A stretch of DNA of 64,000 nucleotides from Candidatus Nomurabacteria bacterium RIFCSPHIGHO2_02_40_30 (lineage in GTDB: Bacteria > Patescibacteriota > Minisyncoccia > Phycocordibacterales > UBA9973). The notes below the pieces were generated by a model. That model made no database searches, was not told the DNA's origin, and saw only the letters and a program-made list of their open reading frames with translations. The stretch spans positions 101,566 through 165,565 of the forward strand of contig MFTV01000010.1 in the NCBI GenBank assembly GCA_001785445.1, read 5' to 3'. Made by a program: the position numbers and the translations under genes. This document shows, piece after piece, positions 39,484-48,862 of the stretch (the first letter of the stretch is position 1; every line of letters starts with the position of its first letter).

Positions 39484-40842
39484 ATGTCACTAAATTCAAT
39501 TTCACCAATAGACGGACGCTATGAAAAACAGACTTCTATTTTGTCTCCTTTTTTTAGCGAGAAAGCATTAATGCAGTATAGAGTAATTGTGGAAGGTGAG
39601 TACTTTATTGCCCTTTCGTTATTAAGAAAAACATCTTTGAGGAAATTTAGCAACACAGAGATAAAAAAAGTCAGAAGTTTATACAGGCTTTCTTCTAAAG
39701 ACTTCGAGCATATAAAAAATATCGAACAAAAAACAAATCATGATGTAAAAGCAGTGGAGTACTTTTTAAAAGAAAAACTGGCCAAAACATCCCTTAAAAA
39801 AAGCGTGGAATGGATTCACTTTGGTTTGACGTCCTATGATATTAACACTGTTGCCCGGGGGATGATGCTCGGTGACGCTTTGGAAAAAGTTATTATTCCA
39901 AAAATCATCTTGTTAACAAAAAACATCAATACTATCTCTAAAAAATACAAAGCTTTGCCCATGCTCTCGCGCACCCATGGCCAGAGCGCTTCGCCCACCA
40001 CCTTCGGCAAAGAAATGAAAGTTTTTGAGCAAAGATTAAAAAAACAAACTGACATACTGGAGTTTGTAAGGATATCAGTAAAGTTTAGCGGCGCTACCGG
40101 CAACTTTAATGCACATCATGTAGCTTACCCGAAAGTTGACTGGATTAAATTCGCCAAAAGTTTTATAAACAGTTTAAATAAAAATAGAAAAATCAAACTG
40201 GAGTTAAATTTGCCGACAACCCAGATAGACCCGCATGACAGGGAAATAGAAATTTTTGATTGTTTGCGCAGAATCAATACTATTCTAATAGATTTTAATC
40301 AGGATATTTGGCATTATATTAGCGACGAATGGCTGGTGCAAAAAGTTATCAAAGGCGAAGTAGGCTCTTCCGCTATGCCGCACAAAGTTAACCCCATCAA
40401 TTTCGAAAACAGTGAAGGTAATTTAGGTTTGGCGAATGCTCTTCTTAATTTCTTTTCTAATAAACTGCCAATTTCTCGTCTGCAAAGAGATTTGTCAGAC
40501 TCTACCGTAGAGCGAAACTTCGGTTCAGCTTTGGCTTACTCTTTAATAGCATATGAAAATTTGTTAAAAGGCCTTTCAAAAATTGATGTTAATAAACATA
40601 AAATGGCTAAAGACTTAGACAATCACCCAGAAGTAATTACCGAGGCTATGCAAACGATACTTCGGCGCGAAGGTGTAGCCATGCCGTATGAAAAATTAAA
40701 AGAATTGACTCGTGGTAAAAACATAACAATGGGTGATATTCATAAATTTATTGATACTTTGAAAGTGAGTATTGAGGTAAAAAAAGAGTTAAAAAAAATT
40801 ACTCCTGCGAACTACATAGGTTTAGCTTCAAAACTGGTATAA
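39484..40842 (+). CDS. purB: Adenylosuccinate lyase
   Basis: N-terminal 'SPIDGRY' plus fumarate-lyase signature region. Confidence 0.85.
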   Translation: MSLNSISPIDGRYEKQTSILSPFFSEKALMQYRVIVEGEYFIALSLLRKTSLRKFSNTEIKKVRSLYRLSSKDFEHIKNIEQKTNHDVKAVEYFLKEKLAKTSLKKSVEWIHFGLTSYDINTVARGMMLGDALEKVIIPKIILLTKNINTISKKYKALPMLSRTHGQSASPTTFGKEMKVFEQRLKKQTDILEFVRISVKFSGATGNFNAHHVAYPKVDWIKFAKSFINSLNKNRKIKLELNLPTTQIDPHDREIEIFDCLRRINTILIDFNQDIWHYISDEWLVQKVIKGEVGSSAMPHKVNPINFENSEGNLGLANALLNFFSNKLPISRLQRDLSDSTVERNFGSALAYSLIAYENLLKGLSKIDVNKHKMAKDLDNHPEVITEAMQTILRREGVAMPYEKLKELTRGKNITMGDIHKFIDTLKVSIEVKKELKKITPANYIGLASKLV

Positions 40843-40848
40843 TGGTTT

Positions 40849-41685
40849 ATGACACTTAAAAAAGCTCTAATTTTTGTGTTGATAATAAATTCTCTGTTTG
40901 GAGCTTGTAGAGCATATGCCCAAAGTTCCAACGCCGGTTTTGTGCCCGGAAATATCTGGTATTCTCTGGACCCATTTCTCGAAGGAGATAAGATAAAAAT
41001 ATATACCTTGATTTTCAACCCTGACCCTAGAGAATTATCAGGTACTGTGGTATTTTTTGATAACAGTGTCTTCTTGGGTAAAAAAGATTTCACTGCTCCG
41101 GCTAAAGGTGTTAAGGACGTATCGATAGACTGGACGGCCACAGTTGGAACTCACAATATTTTCGGTAAAATTGAAAATGCTAAGTTTCTGGTGGCTAAAA
41201 ACAAGTACGAAGAAGTGTACTTGGCGGAAAACGAAACAAGTAAAAGCTCGCGCACGGTCAGCAAAAAAATAGTTGCAAAAATAATTGATACAGCTGATGC
41301 AAGCACAAAGATATCTGACTCTATTGTAAACAAGGCTGGCAACGCTATTTCTGATTCGGTGGAAAATGTTAAAGAAGCAGTTGTAGCTAAAATACCGCAG
41401 TTTGTAGCGAAGCCTTTAACTTTAACCGGAAATGTAATTGAGGGCTGGCGTTCCAGTGTAGGTACTGCCTCGGAAAATAAAAAAGAAGTGGTTCAAACTG
41501 ATATTGAAAAAATAAAGAAGGGAAGTACAAAAAACGATAGTAAATTTTTAGAACCTTTTAAATATGTGGAGCTTTTCTTTTTTACCGTTTTATCTTTTAT
41601 TTTTAATAGTAAATTTATATTTTACAGTATTCTATTTATTATTTTAGCTTTAATTCTGCGTTATATATGGAATTTAATTTTTTAA
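40849..41685 (+). CDS. Hypothetical secreted/envelope protein (signal peptide, Lys/Ala-rich middle, C-terminal TM helices)
   Basis: ORF, signal peptide 'MTLKKALIFVLIINSLFGACRAYAQ'. Confidence 0.4.
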   Translation: MTLKKALIFVLIINSLFGACRAYAQSSNAGFVPGNIWYSLDPFLEGDKIKIYTLIFNPDPRELSGTVVFFDNSVFLGKKDFTAPAKGVKDVSIDWTATVGTHNIFGKIENAKFLVAKNKYEEVYLAENETSKSSRTVSKKIVAKIIDTADASTKISDSIVNKAGNAISDSVENVKEAVVAKIPQFVAKPLTLTGNVIEGWRSSVGTASENKKEVVQTDIEKIKKGSTKNDSKFLEPFKYVELFFFTVLSFIFNSKFIFYSILFIILALILRYIWNLIF

Positions 41686-41936
41686 TTCGATTTTTGGCTT
41701 GTATGCTGCTCATAGCGTCAATACTTTTTATGCCTTTTGGGGTATCCATGATTTTGGCATTAGCGGGCATGGTTTACTTTTCTTTATTCTTTGAAGCCGT
41801 ACTCGCTTTTTTCCTGTCAGACCTGCTGTATGGAGTGGCAGAAGGTAAGTACTTTGGTATATATTTTACTTTGCTTTCGATTTTATTTTTAATCATAGTG
41901 GAATTACTAAAAAAGAGACTGAAATTCTATCCTTGA
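41667..41936 (+). CDS. Hypothetical small multi-TM membrane protein
   Basis: Hydrophobic ORF overlapping the previous gene's stop. Confidence 0.3.
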   Translation: MEFNFLIRFLACMLLIASILFMPFGVSMILALAGMVYFSLFFEAVLAFFLSDLLYGVAEGKYFGIYFTLLSILFLIIVELLKKRLKFYP

Positions 41937-41943
41937 GTCTTGT

Positions 41944-43674
41944 ATGATAAGAAAAATGTTCAAAAAAAAGAATAGTGACAAACACTTTTTCGTGGAGCCC
42001 GACGAGATTTTTCTTGACTCAAAAAATTTGCAAAATTTTGACCGTCAGCAATTCGAGGGACGAATAGAAAAATCAATACCTAAAAAGAACATTTTATTTC
42101 TTGGGATTTTATTCCTGCTTTTTTCTGTAACATTTGGCAGCCGTCTGATATATCTGCAAATCCAAAAAGGGGAAGCGTACTTGAAAAGAAGCGAAAATAA
42201 TATTTTAGACAAAGTTATTATCTTTACCGAGAGAGGAATAATCTATGACAGAAATAATGTAAAGCTGGCTTGGAACAGTAGAAATTCGGACGTTGGACGT
42301 CTGAATTCCGGACGTCCAACGTCCGAATCTGAAAACATGCCTATTCGCACATACATGTCACCCGGATTTTCTCATGTATTGGGTTACGTTAGTTACCCAG
42401 CCAAAGACAAGGACGGCAACTATTGGCAAACTGAATTTATGGGTAAAGACGGCTTAGAAAAAGAATACAACGACAAAATCAAAGGAGAAAATGGCTCAAA
42501 AATAATAGAAATAAATGCGTTAAAAGAAATAAATTCCGAAAATATCATAAACATTCCAAAACGAGGGAATAACTTGGTTACAAGTATTGACTCAAAAATT
42601 CAGAAAGAATTGTTTACTTTAATTAAAAATCTGGCAGAAAATAATAACTTTACCGGTGGAGCTGGGATAATAATGGATGTCAGAAATGGAGAAATACTGA
42701 CTTCTACCAGCTTCCCAGAATATAATTCCGAAACTTTATCTCTTGGAGAAGATATATCAGCGATCAATAAGTATATAAACGATAAAAGAAAATTCTTTAT
42801 GGATAGAACTGTTTCCGGACTTTATACTCCAGGCTCGATCGTTAAGCCATTTTTCGCGCTTGGAGCTCTAACTGAAGGCATTATTGACCAATATAAAAAA
42901 ATTCTTTCGACTGGTTCCATCTCAATCCCAAACCCTTATTTTAAAGACCAAAAGACTGTTTTCAAAGACTGGAGAGTAAACGGCTGGACAGATATGAGGG
43001 AGGCTTTGGCTGTTTCTTCTGATGTTTACTTTTACTCTATTGGCGGGGGCTACGGCGACCAAAGAGGCCTTGGTATAACCAATATTGGCAAGTATGCCAG
43101 CCTCTTCGGCATTGGAGAAGCAACTGGGATTGATTTGCCGGACGAAAAAAAGGGCACCATCCCGTCTCCGCAATGGAAAATAGAAAATTTTCAAGGAGAC
43201 CCTTGGCGCATTGGAGACACTTATCATACGGCTATCGGACAATATGGATTCCAAGTTACTCCGGTAGAAATAGTCCGCGCCGTAGCGGCTATAGCAAGTT
43301 ATGGCAAAATGTTAACTCCGCATTTTATACTCAATGACAAAGAAAAGGAAAATAAAACTTCTACAGTCAACTTAAAAAAAGAATACTTTGACATTGTGCG
43401 TGAAGGAATGAGAAAAGCAGTGACAACGGGCACGGCGACAATACTGAATGTGCCCTATGTGCATGTCGCTGTGAAAACCGGAACAGCAGAGCTCGGAGTG
43501 GCTAAAAATAAAGTGAACTCTTGGGTGATGGGCTTCTTGCCGTACGAAGACCCTAAGTACGCTTTCGTGATTATTATGGAGTCGGGCCCCTCGACCGGCG
43601 GCGCTAATGCGTCTTCTGTCATGCGAGGTCTCTTGGACTGGATGTACCTTAACACACCGGAATATTTCGATTAA
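41944..43674 (+). CDS. Penicillin-binding protein 2 / peptidoglycan D,D-transpeptidase
   Basis: N-terminal TM, dimerisation domain, transpeptidase motifs 'SIVKP' (SxxK) and 'KTGT'. Contains an in-frame GC-rich palindrome at 42284-42328. Confidence 0.8.
   Translation: MIRKMFKKKNSDKHFFVEPDEIFLDSKNLQNFDRQQFEGRIEKSIPKKNILFLGILFLLFSVTFGSRLIYLQIQKGEAYLKRSENNILDKVIIFTERGIIYDRNNVKLAWNSRNSDVGRLNSGRPTSESENMPIRTYMSPGFSHVLGYVSYPAKDKDGNYWQTEFMGKDGLEKEYNDKIKGENGSKIIEINALKEINSENIINIPKRGNNLVTSIDSKIQKELFTLIKNLAENNNFTGGAGIIMDVRNGEILTSTSFPEYNSETLSLGEDISAINKYINDKRKFFMDRTVSGLYTPGSIVKPFFALGALTEGIIDQYKKILSTGSISIPNPYFKDQKTVFKDWRVNGWTDMREALAVSSDVYFYSIGGGYGDQRGLGITNIGKYASLFGIGEATGIDLPDEKKGTIPSPQWKIENFQGDPWRIGDTYHTAIGQYGFQVTPVEIVRAVAAIASYGKMLTPHFILNDKEKENKTSTVNLKKEYFDIVREGMRKAVTTGTATILNVPYVHVAVKTGTAELGVAKNKVNSWVMGFLPYEDPKYAFVIIMESGPSTGGANASSVMRGLLDWMYLNTPEYFD
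42284..42328. repeat. GC-rich perfect 18-bp inverted repeat inserted in frame within the PBP2 gene
   Basis: Arms attcggacgttggacgtc (42284-42301) and gacgtccaacgtccgaat (42311-42328), 9-nt spacer tgaattccg. Encodes 'RNSDVGRLNSGRPTSE'. Confidence 0.6.
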
Positions 43675-43692
43675 TTTGCATTTTTCACCTTC

Positions 43693-43938
43693 ATGAAATA
43701 CAATATATCCATGAAAAAAGCTTACATACTTTTAGTTTTAGGCATCTGGGTGGCAGTTTTGCCATATTTAGGTTTTCCATATTCTTGGAAAGATATTTTA
43801 TTTACCATTACCGGTCTGGGATTAATTTGTTTAAGCTATATTATGTACAAAGAATCTAAAAAAGAAGAAATTACTCCGGAGAAAATTTTTGATAATTTTT
43901 CAGAAAATCTTGATAGCATCGGCGAAGAAAAAATATAA
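43693..43938 (+). CDS. Hypothetical small membrane protein
   Basis: Two hydrophobic helices. Confidence 0.3.
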   Translation: MKYNISMKKAYILLVLGIWVAVLPYLGFPYSWKDILFTITGLGLICLSYIMYKESKKEEITPEKIFDNFSENLDSIGEEKI

Positions 43939-43950
43939 TAACATATAACA

Positions 43951-45162
43951 ATGCAAAATTTTTCAAAAACAAGACATATTGCCACTGTCACTTTGCTTGT
44001 TGCCATATTTTTCATCTGGGGTGTTTATCTAGGCATACATAAAAAATCAGAAATAGAGAAAGTCGTGGGTCTTGCCGGAAAAGAGACGCTGGTGACCACA
44101 AAAGCTGACTTTTCTCCTTTTTGGAAGACTTGGAATACTATCAACGAAAAATATCCAAAAGCGAGCACAGTGGAAGACCAGAGTAGGGTCTATGGCGCTA
44201 TTTCAGGGCTCGTGGACTCACTAAATGACCCATATAGCGTGTTTTTCGGCCCAGATGAGGCAAAGTCATTCGAAGAGGAAATAGCCGGTAATTTCAGCGG
44301 AGTCGGCATGGAAGTAGGCATAAAAGACAAGACACTTACGGTCATAGCGCCTCTTAAAGACACCCCTGCCTATAGGGCAAATATTAAGCCCGGCGATAAA
44401 ATTTTAAAGATTGATAAAACAGTCACCACAGGCTTGAGTATAGAAGATGCCATTAAACTGATGCGCGGAGAAAAGGGCACAACAGTGATACTTAGTATTT
44501 CCCGCGAAGGGAGAAAAGACCCGATAGAAATGAAAATCGTACGAGATACTATCAATATACCGACTCTCGATACCGAGTTGCGGAAAGACGGCATCTTTAT
44601 AATAAGGCTTTATAGTTTTTCGGGCAACTCAACCAACCTTTTCCGTGAGGCTATGAAAAAATTTGCGGAGTCTGGAACCGATAAAATGCTCTTGGATTTA
44701 CGGGGAAACCCCGGAGGGTATTTAGAGGCCGCTGTTGATATAGCAAGTTGGTTCCTGCCATCACAGAAAATAATCGCAACCGAGGACTATGGTAACAATA
44801 AAAAAGCGGAAGTTTTCCGAAGTAAAGGCTACAATATATTTAACGACAAACTAAAATTTGTAATTCTGATAGATGGCGGGTCCGCATCAGCATCCGAAAT
44901 AGTTGCCGGCGCCATGCGAGACCACGGACGCGCCAAGCTGGTGGGGAGTCAAAGTTTTGGCAAAGGCTCGGTACAAGAGGCGATAAAGATAACTCCGGAC
45001 ACTCTTTTGAAAATAACAGTAGCTAAATGGCTGACACCAAATGGAACTTCTATCTCTGAAAAAGGACTGACTCCTGACTATGTGGTAGAATTTACTCCGA
45101 AAAATATTAATGATAAAAAAGATGTACAATTAGAGAAAGCAGTGGAAGTATTGCTACAATAA
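43951..45162 (+). CDS. ctpA: Carboxyl-terminal processing protease (S41) with PDZ domain
   Basis: Motifs 'GVGMEVGIKD', PDZ, 'LDLRGNPGGYLEAAVDIASWF', 'DGGSASASEIVAGA'. Confidence 0.8.
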   Translation: MQNFSKTRHIATVTLLVAIFFIWGVYLGIHKKSEIEKVVGLAGKETLVTTKADFSPFWKTWNTINEKYPKASTVEDQSRVYGAISGLVDSLNDPYSVFFGPDEAKSFEEEIAGNFSGVGMEVGIKDKTLTVIAPLKDTPAYRANIKPGDKILKIDKTVTTGLSIEDAIKLMRGEKGTTVILSISREGRKDPIEMKIVRDTINIPTLDTELRKDGIFIIRLYSFSGNSTNLFREAMKKFAESGTDKMLLDLRGNPGGYLEAAVDIASWFLPSQKIIATEDYGNNKKAEVFRSKGYNIFNDKLKFVILIDGGSASASEIVAGAMRDHGRAKLVGSQSFGKGSVQEAIKITPDTLLKITVAKWLTPNGTSISEKGLTPDYVVEFTPKNINDKKDVQLEKAVEVLLQ

Positions 45163-45166
45163 TGCT

Positions 45167-45610
45167 ATGCGAGTAATTTTTTTAAAAGATGTGCCGAGAG
45201 TGGGGAGAAAGTACGACATAAAAGAAGTCAATGATGGCTACGCTATGAATTTTTTATTGCCGAGAAAGTTGGCCATGACAGCAACTCCAAAAGCTGTGGC
45301 AGAATTGGAATTAAAGAAGAAAGAAATTGTCATCGAAAGGGAAGTGCAAGAAAACTTGCTTCTTAAAAATCTGGAAGAAATAAAAGATAAAGTCCTTCAC
45401 ATGACTGGCAAAACTGACGAGAAAGGACATTTATTTTCCGGAATCCGCGCTAGAGATATAGTGGAAGCCATGAAGACAGAATATCACGCCGACATAAATG
45501 AAGGCGCCATAAAACTCGAAAAACCAATTAAAGAAATAGGAGAGTTTACTATTCCACTTGAAATCCAAGGCAAAAAATCTTTCTTCAAGCTTGTGGTGGA
45601 GAAAATCTAA
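45167..45610 (+). CDS. rplI: 50S ribosomal protein L9
   Basis: Motif '[32 protein letters not shown]'. Confidence 0.85.
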   Translation: MRVIFLKDVPRVGRKYDIKEVNDGYAMNFLLPRKLAMTATPKAVAELELKKKEIVIEREVQENLLLKNLEEIKDKVLHMTGKTDEKGHLFSGIRARDIVEAMKTEYHADINEGAIKLEKPIKEIGEFTIPLEIQGKKSFFKLVVEKI

Positions 45611-45879
45611 ATAACGTTTACTACTTTTTTTACTAAAGTCTTTCCGTTAAAAGAAGTCTTGCGACGAGAGCCGAATTTGACAGTGCCGTCTTTGAGGGCG
45701 AATAGGGTATGGTCCACGCCTATGCCGACATTGTTGCCAGCCATAATGACTGTGCCACGCTGACGGACGATAACAGAGCCTGCTTGAGCACTTTGGCCAT
45801 CAGTTCGTTTAATACCTAGGTATTTTGGGTTTGAGTCTCTTAAATTTTTGGCCGTTCCGCCGGCTTTTCTATGTGCCAT
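45607..45879 (-). CDS. rpmA: 50S ribosomal protein L27
   Basis: Motif '[24 protein letters not shown]'. Confidence 0.9.
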   Translation of the reverse strand: MAHRKAGGTAKNLRDSNPKYLGIKRTDGQSAQAGSVIVRQRGTVIMAGNNVGIGVDHTLFALKDGTVKFGSRRKTSFNGKTLVKKVVNVI

Positions 45880-45899
45880 ATATTTGTGTTAAAATAATT

Positions 45900-45927
45900 A
45901 CATAATACATTACGTAATGTATTATGT
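45900..45927. promoter_or_regulatory. Perfect 28-bp palindrome centred on TTACGTAA, in the divergent rpmA / Ada-like promoter region
   Basis: acataatacaTTACGTAAtgtattatgt is its own reverse complement. The same core motif recurs at 61365-61398. Confidence 0.45.
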
Positions 45928-45946
45928 AACCAATATAGACTAATAT

Positions 45947-46339
45947 ATGGAAAAAATCAAGACATTCTTGGAAAGCGACAAGGGTAAAGACATAATGATA
46001 GTTACCATCGTCATTTTGGTGGGCTTAGGCTCATTTGAGCTAGGTAGACTATCTAAAGAAGGAAATGGCTCGAGGGGAGTCAAAATTGAGTATACGGAGG
46101 ACGTAAGTAATCAGCAAGCAGGGAATGTAATTTCAGCCATAGAATCTTCTAGTCTTTTGCAAAATACTGAAGTAGCAAATTCTGCTGGCAAAAACTTTTT
46201 TGCTTCCAACAGGGGAACTAAATATTATTCCATCGGCTGTTCAGCCGGCAAAACTATTAAGCAAGAAAACAGAGTCTACTTTGCAACAAGTGAAGCTGCC
46301 CAAAGGGCAGGGTATGAGCTTAGTAGCTCGTGTAGGTAA
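45947..46339 (+). CDS. Membrane-anchored protein with Ada-like Zn-binding (methylphosphotriester repair N-domain-like) domain
   Basis: C-terminal 'KYYSIGCSAGKTIKQENRVYFATSEAAQRAGYELSSSC' resembles the Ada N-terminal metal-binding domain pattern. One N-terminal TM helix. Confidence 0.45.
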   Translation: MEKIKTFLESDKGKDIMIVTIVILVGLGSFELGRLSKEGNGSRGVKIEYTEDVSNQQAGNVISAIESSSLLQNTEVANSAGKNFFASNRGTKYYSIGCSAGKTIKQENRVYFATSEAAQRAGYELSSSCR

Positions 46340-46350
46340 ATAGATATCGT

Positions 46351-46438
46351 GTCGCACAATATATGTTTTGGGTCGTTATCTACGACCTAAAACATGGCGC
46401 CCATTGTGCGACATTTCAAATGCTCGCACAATGTGCTT
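46351..46438. other. Highly structured intergenic element between convergent genes, with three copies of CGCACAAT
   Basis: Nested helices gtcgcacaat/attgtgcgac (46351-60 / 46403-12) and atgttttgggtcg/cgacctaaaacat. Then gcaca-a-tgtgc plus TTTTT, a plus-strand terminator-like hairpin. Confidence 0.35.
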
Positions 46439-46452
46439 TTTGGGATTAAAGA

Positions 46453-48348
46453 CTATGAGAAAAGCTTGAGGTCTTTCGTTAGCGCGTCTACTTTGGACTT
46501 AGGGCCAAAGATGAGGAGACCGAGGAAGTCGATATCTTTTTGCGACTTCATTTGAGTTTGCTCGGCAACTTTTTTATCATTTGTGGTTTCAATCATCTCT
46601 CGGGTAAAGTGAGCAATCTCTAAGCCCTCCCCTTGCGCCTTGTCAGAAAGCGCCCAAATGGCATCCGAAGAGTCGGCAGTCTTTATCATAATTGCATGCT
46701 GAATATTTAATTTTATATTTTTGTCATCTTTGGTTTTTATCGAATCAAATTTGAAAAGTTTTTTCTGTGAACGGGCGCCAAAAGCAGCTGATAGATGAGC
46801 TACGGTATTCATTATCTGCCATGGCTCCAGTCCGGCGCCGGAGTTTACTATGGCTGTAGCCACATACATTTCCTTAATTTTATTTTTCTCGTCGTCAATA
46901 GGTTTCATCAGTGGAAATATTTGGGTTTCTCGGATGGGTTTATCCATTAAGAAACTGAAAAGGCGTTCACTGAAGCCGTGGCCAGCGGTAGGAGGCATTC
47001 CGTACTCTAATGCCTCAACGAAGTCATGGTCCGTCATTTGGGCTTCGGTATCCCCTGCTTCACGCAACTTTTCTTGATCTCTAAATCGTTCTAGCTGGTC
47101 TATTGGGTCATTAAGTTCGCTATATCCTTGTCCCACTTCACTTCCAGCAATAATAAAATGAAAACGTTCTGTAACATCTGGATTATCAGGCGAAGACTTT
47201 GATAAAGGAGAAGTAATTTTAGGCTCATTTACCAGAATAGCTGGTCCGCCAATATTTTTACGGCAATGTTTCCATAAAGAATCAATCAAGCGCGCTTTAT
47301 TATCTGCTTCGTAGTCCACGCCTAATTCTTTTAACTTTATTTCGATTTCTTTTTGGTCTGCTTTTTCGATATTGATTTTCAATTGTTTCTCTATTTCTTT
47401 GGTATAATCTATAAGAGGCCACTCTAAAGCAAGGTCAACGTCAAAACCATTTATCTTAAATTTCAGGGTGCCGAAAGTTTCCTGCGCCACGTATCGGTAG
47501 CATTTCTGTAAAAATTTATACATATCTTCATAGTTAGCATAAGCCCAATAAGCTTCACATTGAGTATAGTCTTGCAAATGCTCCGGAGACATGCCTTCGT
47601 TGCGAAAAATTCTGCCGATTTCAAAAGTCTTCGGAATTCCGGCAACCATTAACTTTTTTTGCCAGAGTTCTCCTGCTGATATTCTAAGATAAACATCTAA
47701 GTCCAAAGCATTATGATGCGTTTTAAATGGTGTAGCATCTGCCCCTCCGGTAGTAATCTCTAAAACCGGTGTTTCCACCTCTAGAAAACCATTCTTCAGA
47801 TGAAATTCTCTGACAGCATTCCAAAAGAGAGCTTTTTTCCTTACTATTTCTTTGGCTTCAGGATTAAAAAGGATGTCTAGGTATCTCTGACGAAATCTAG
47901 TCTCGTAATCCTGCAAACCATGCCATTTTTCTGGTAGCGGTTTCAAGCTCTTAGAAAGCATATGCCAGTCTGTGGCCTCAAGAGTCTTCTCCCCTCTTTT
48001 GGTCGTAAAAAAATTTCCTTGAATCTCTACGAAGTCGCCAATATCCACAACTTCATTAAAGAAGTTAAACTTTTCGCCGCCCAAAACATCTTTTTTAAGC
48101 AAGCCCTGAAAAGTTCCGGTGCCGTCGTTTAAAGTTATAAAAATAATAGCGCCTTGTCCGCGTATAGACATAACACGTCCGGCAATCCATTTAATTTCTT
48201 TATTTTTTTCCAGAGTGTCAAAATTTAAAGTAGCCTCATGTAATGCAAGCTCTCTACTTGACTCTGCGGGATATGGATTTACACCTTTACTCTTCAAGAG
48301 CTCAAGTTTTTTTATTCTCGTATCTCTAATTTCATCAATTGAAGACAT
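46453..48348 (-). CDS. lysS: Lysyl-tRNA synthetase (class II) with ~150-aa C-terminal extra domain
   Basis: N-terminal OB anticodon-binding domain, class II motifs, canonical end '...RLFSFLMDKPIRETQIFPLMKP', then an additional ~150 aa. Confidence 0.85.
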   Translation of the reverse strand: MSSIDEIRDTRIKKLELLKSKGVNPYPAESSRELALHEATLNFDTLEKNKEIKWIAGRVMSIRGQGAIIFITLNDGTGTFQGLLKKDVLGGEKFNFFNEVVDIGDFVEIQGNFFTTKRGEKTLEATDWHMLSKSLKPLPEKWHGLQDYETRFRQRYLDILFNPEAKEIVRKKALFWNAVREFHLKNGFLEVETPVLEITTGGADATPFKTHHNALDLDVYLRISAGELWQKKLMVAGIPKTFEIGRIFRNEGMSPEHLQDYTQCEAYWAYANYEDMYKFLQKCYRYVAQETFGTLKFKINGFDVDLALEWPLIDYTKEIEKQLKINIEKADQKEIEIKLKELGVDYEADNKARLIDSLWKHCRKNIGGPAILVNEPKITSPLSKSSPDNPDVTERFHFIIAGSEVGQGYSELNDPIDQLERFRDQEKLREAGDTEAQMTDHDFVEALEYGMPPTAGHGFSERLFSFLMDKPIRETQIFPLMKPIDDEKNKIKEMYVATAIVNSGAGLEPWQIMNTVAHLSAAFGARSQKKLFKFDSIKTKDDKNIKLNIQHAIMIKTADSSDAIWALSDKAQGEGLEIAHFTREMIETTNDKKVAEQTQMKSQKDIDFLGLLIFGPKSKVDALTKDLKLFS

Positions 48349-48357
48349 TTTTAATTT

Positions 48358-48825
48358 TTAGGACACACTTATTATTTTATAATTAACTAGTCCGTTAGGA
48401 GTTTTAAAAGATATTTTATCACCTTTTCTCCTGCCAAAAAGCGCTTCGCCAAACGGAGACCGGTTAGAAATTTTACCTTCGGCCATGCTAGCCTCTTCAG
48501 AGCCTACGATAGTATAAGTTTTTGTTTCCTTACTTCTCTCTTTTTGCACGACTACTTTAGAACCAACCTCTACCACTTCCCCACCTCCGCCACTCACCGT
48601 CTGTGAAGACTGCAAAATTTGTTCTATTTTTGTAATTCTCTCTTCGAGCTTGCCCTGATCTTCGCGAGTCTGATGATATTCCGCATTTTCCGACAAGTCA
48701 CCCAATGATTTCGCGTACTCCAAAGCTTCCAAAATTTCTTTTCTTTTCGGTCCTTTTAATTCTTTCAGCTCTATTTCCAACGCATGCCTTTTCTCTTTAG
48801 TTATATAGTCTCCCGCTTGCTGCAT
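48358..48825 (-). CDS. greA: Transcription elongation factor GreA
   Basis: Motif 'LGDLSENAEYHQTREDQGKLEERI' and FKBP-like C-domain. Confidence 0.85.
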   Translation of the reverse strand: MQQAGDYITKEKRHALEIELKELKGPKRKEILEALEYAKSLGDLSENAEYHQTREDQGKLEERITKIEQILQSSQTVSGGGGEVVEVGSKVVVQKERSKETKTYTIVGSEEASMAEGKISNRSPFGEALFGRRKGDKISFKTPNGLVNYKIISVS

Positions 48826-48862
48826 AATCTTATAATCTTATATTTTTTTAGCCAAAAGTCAA

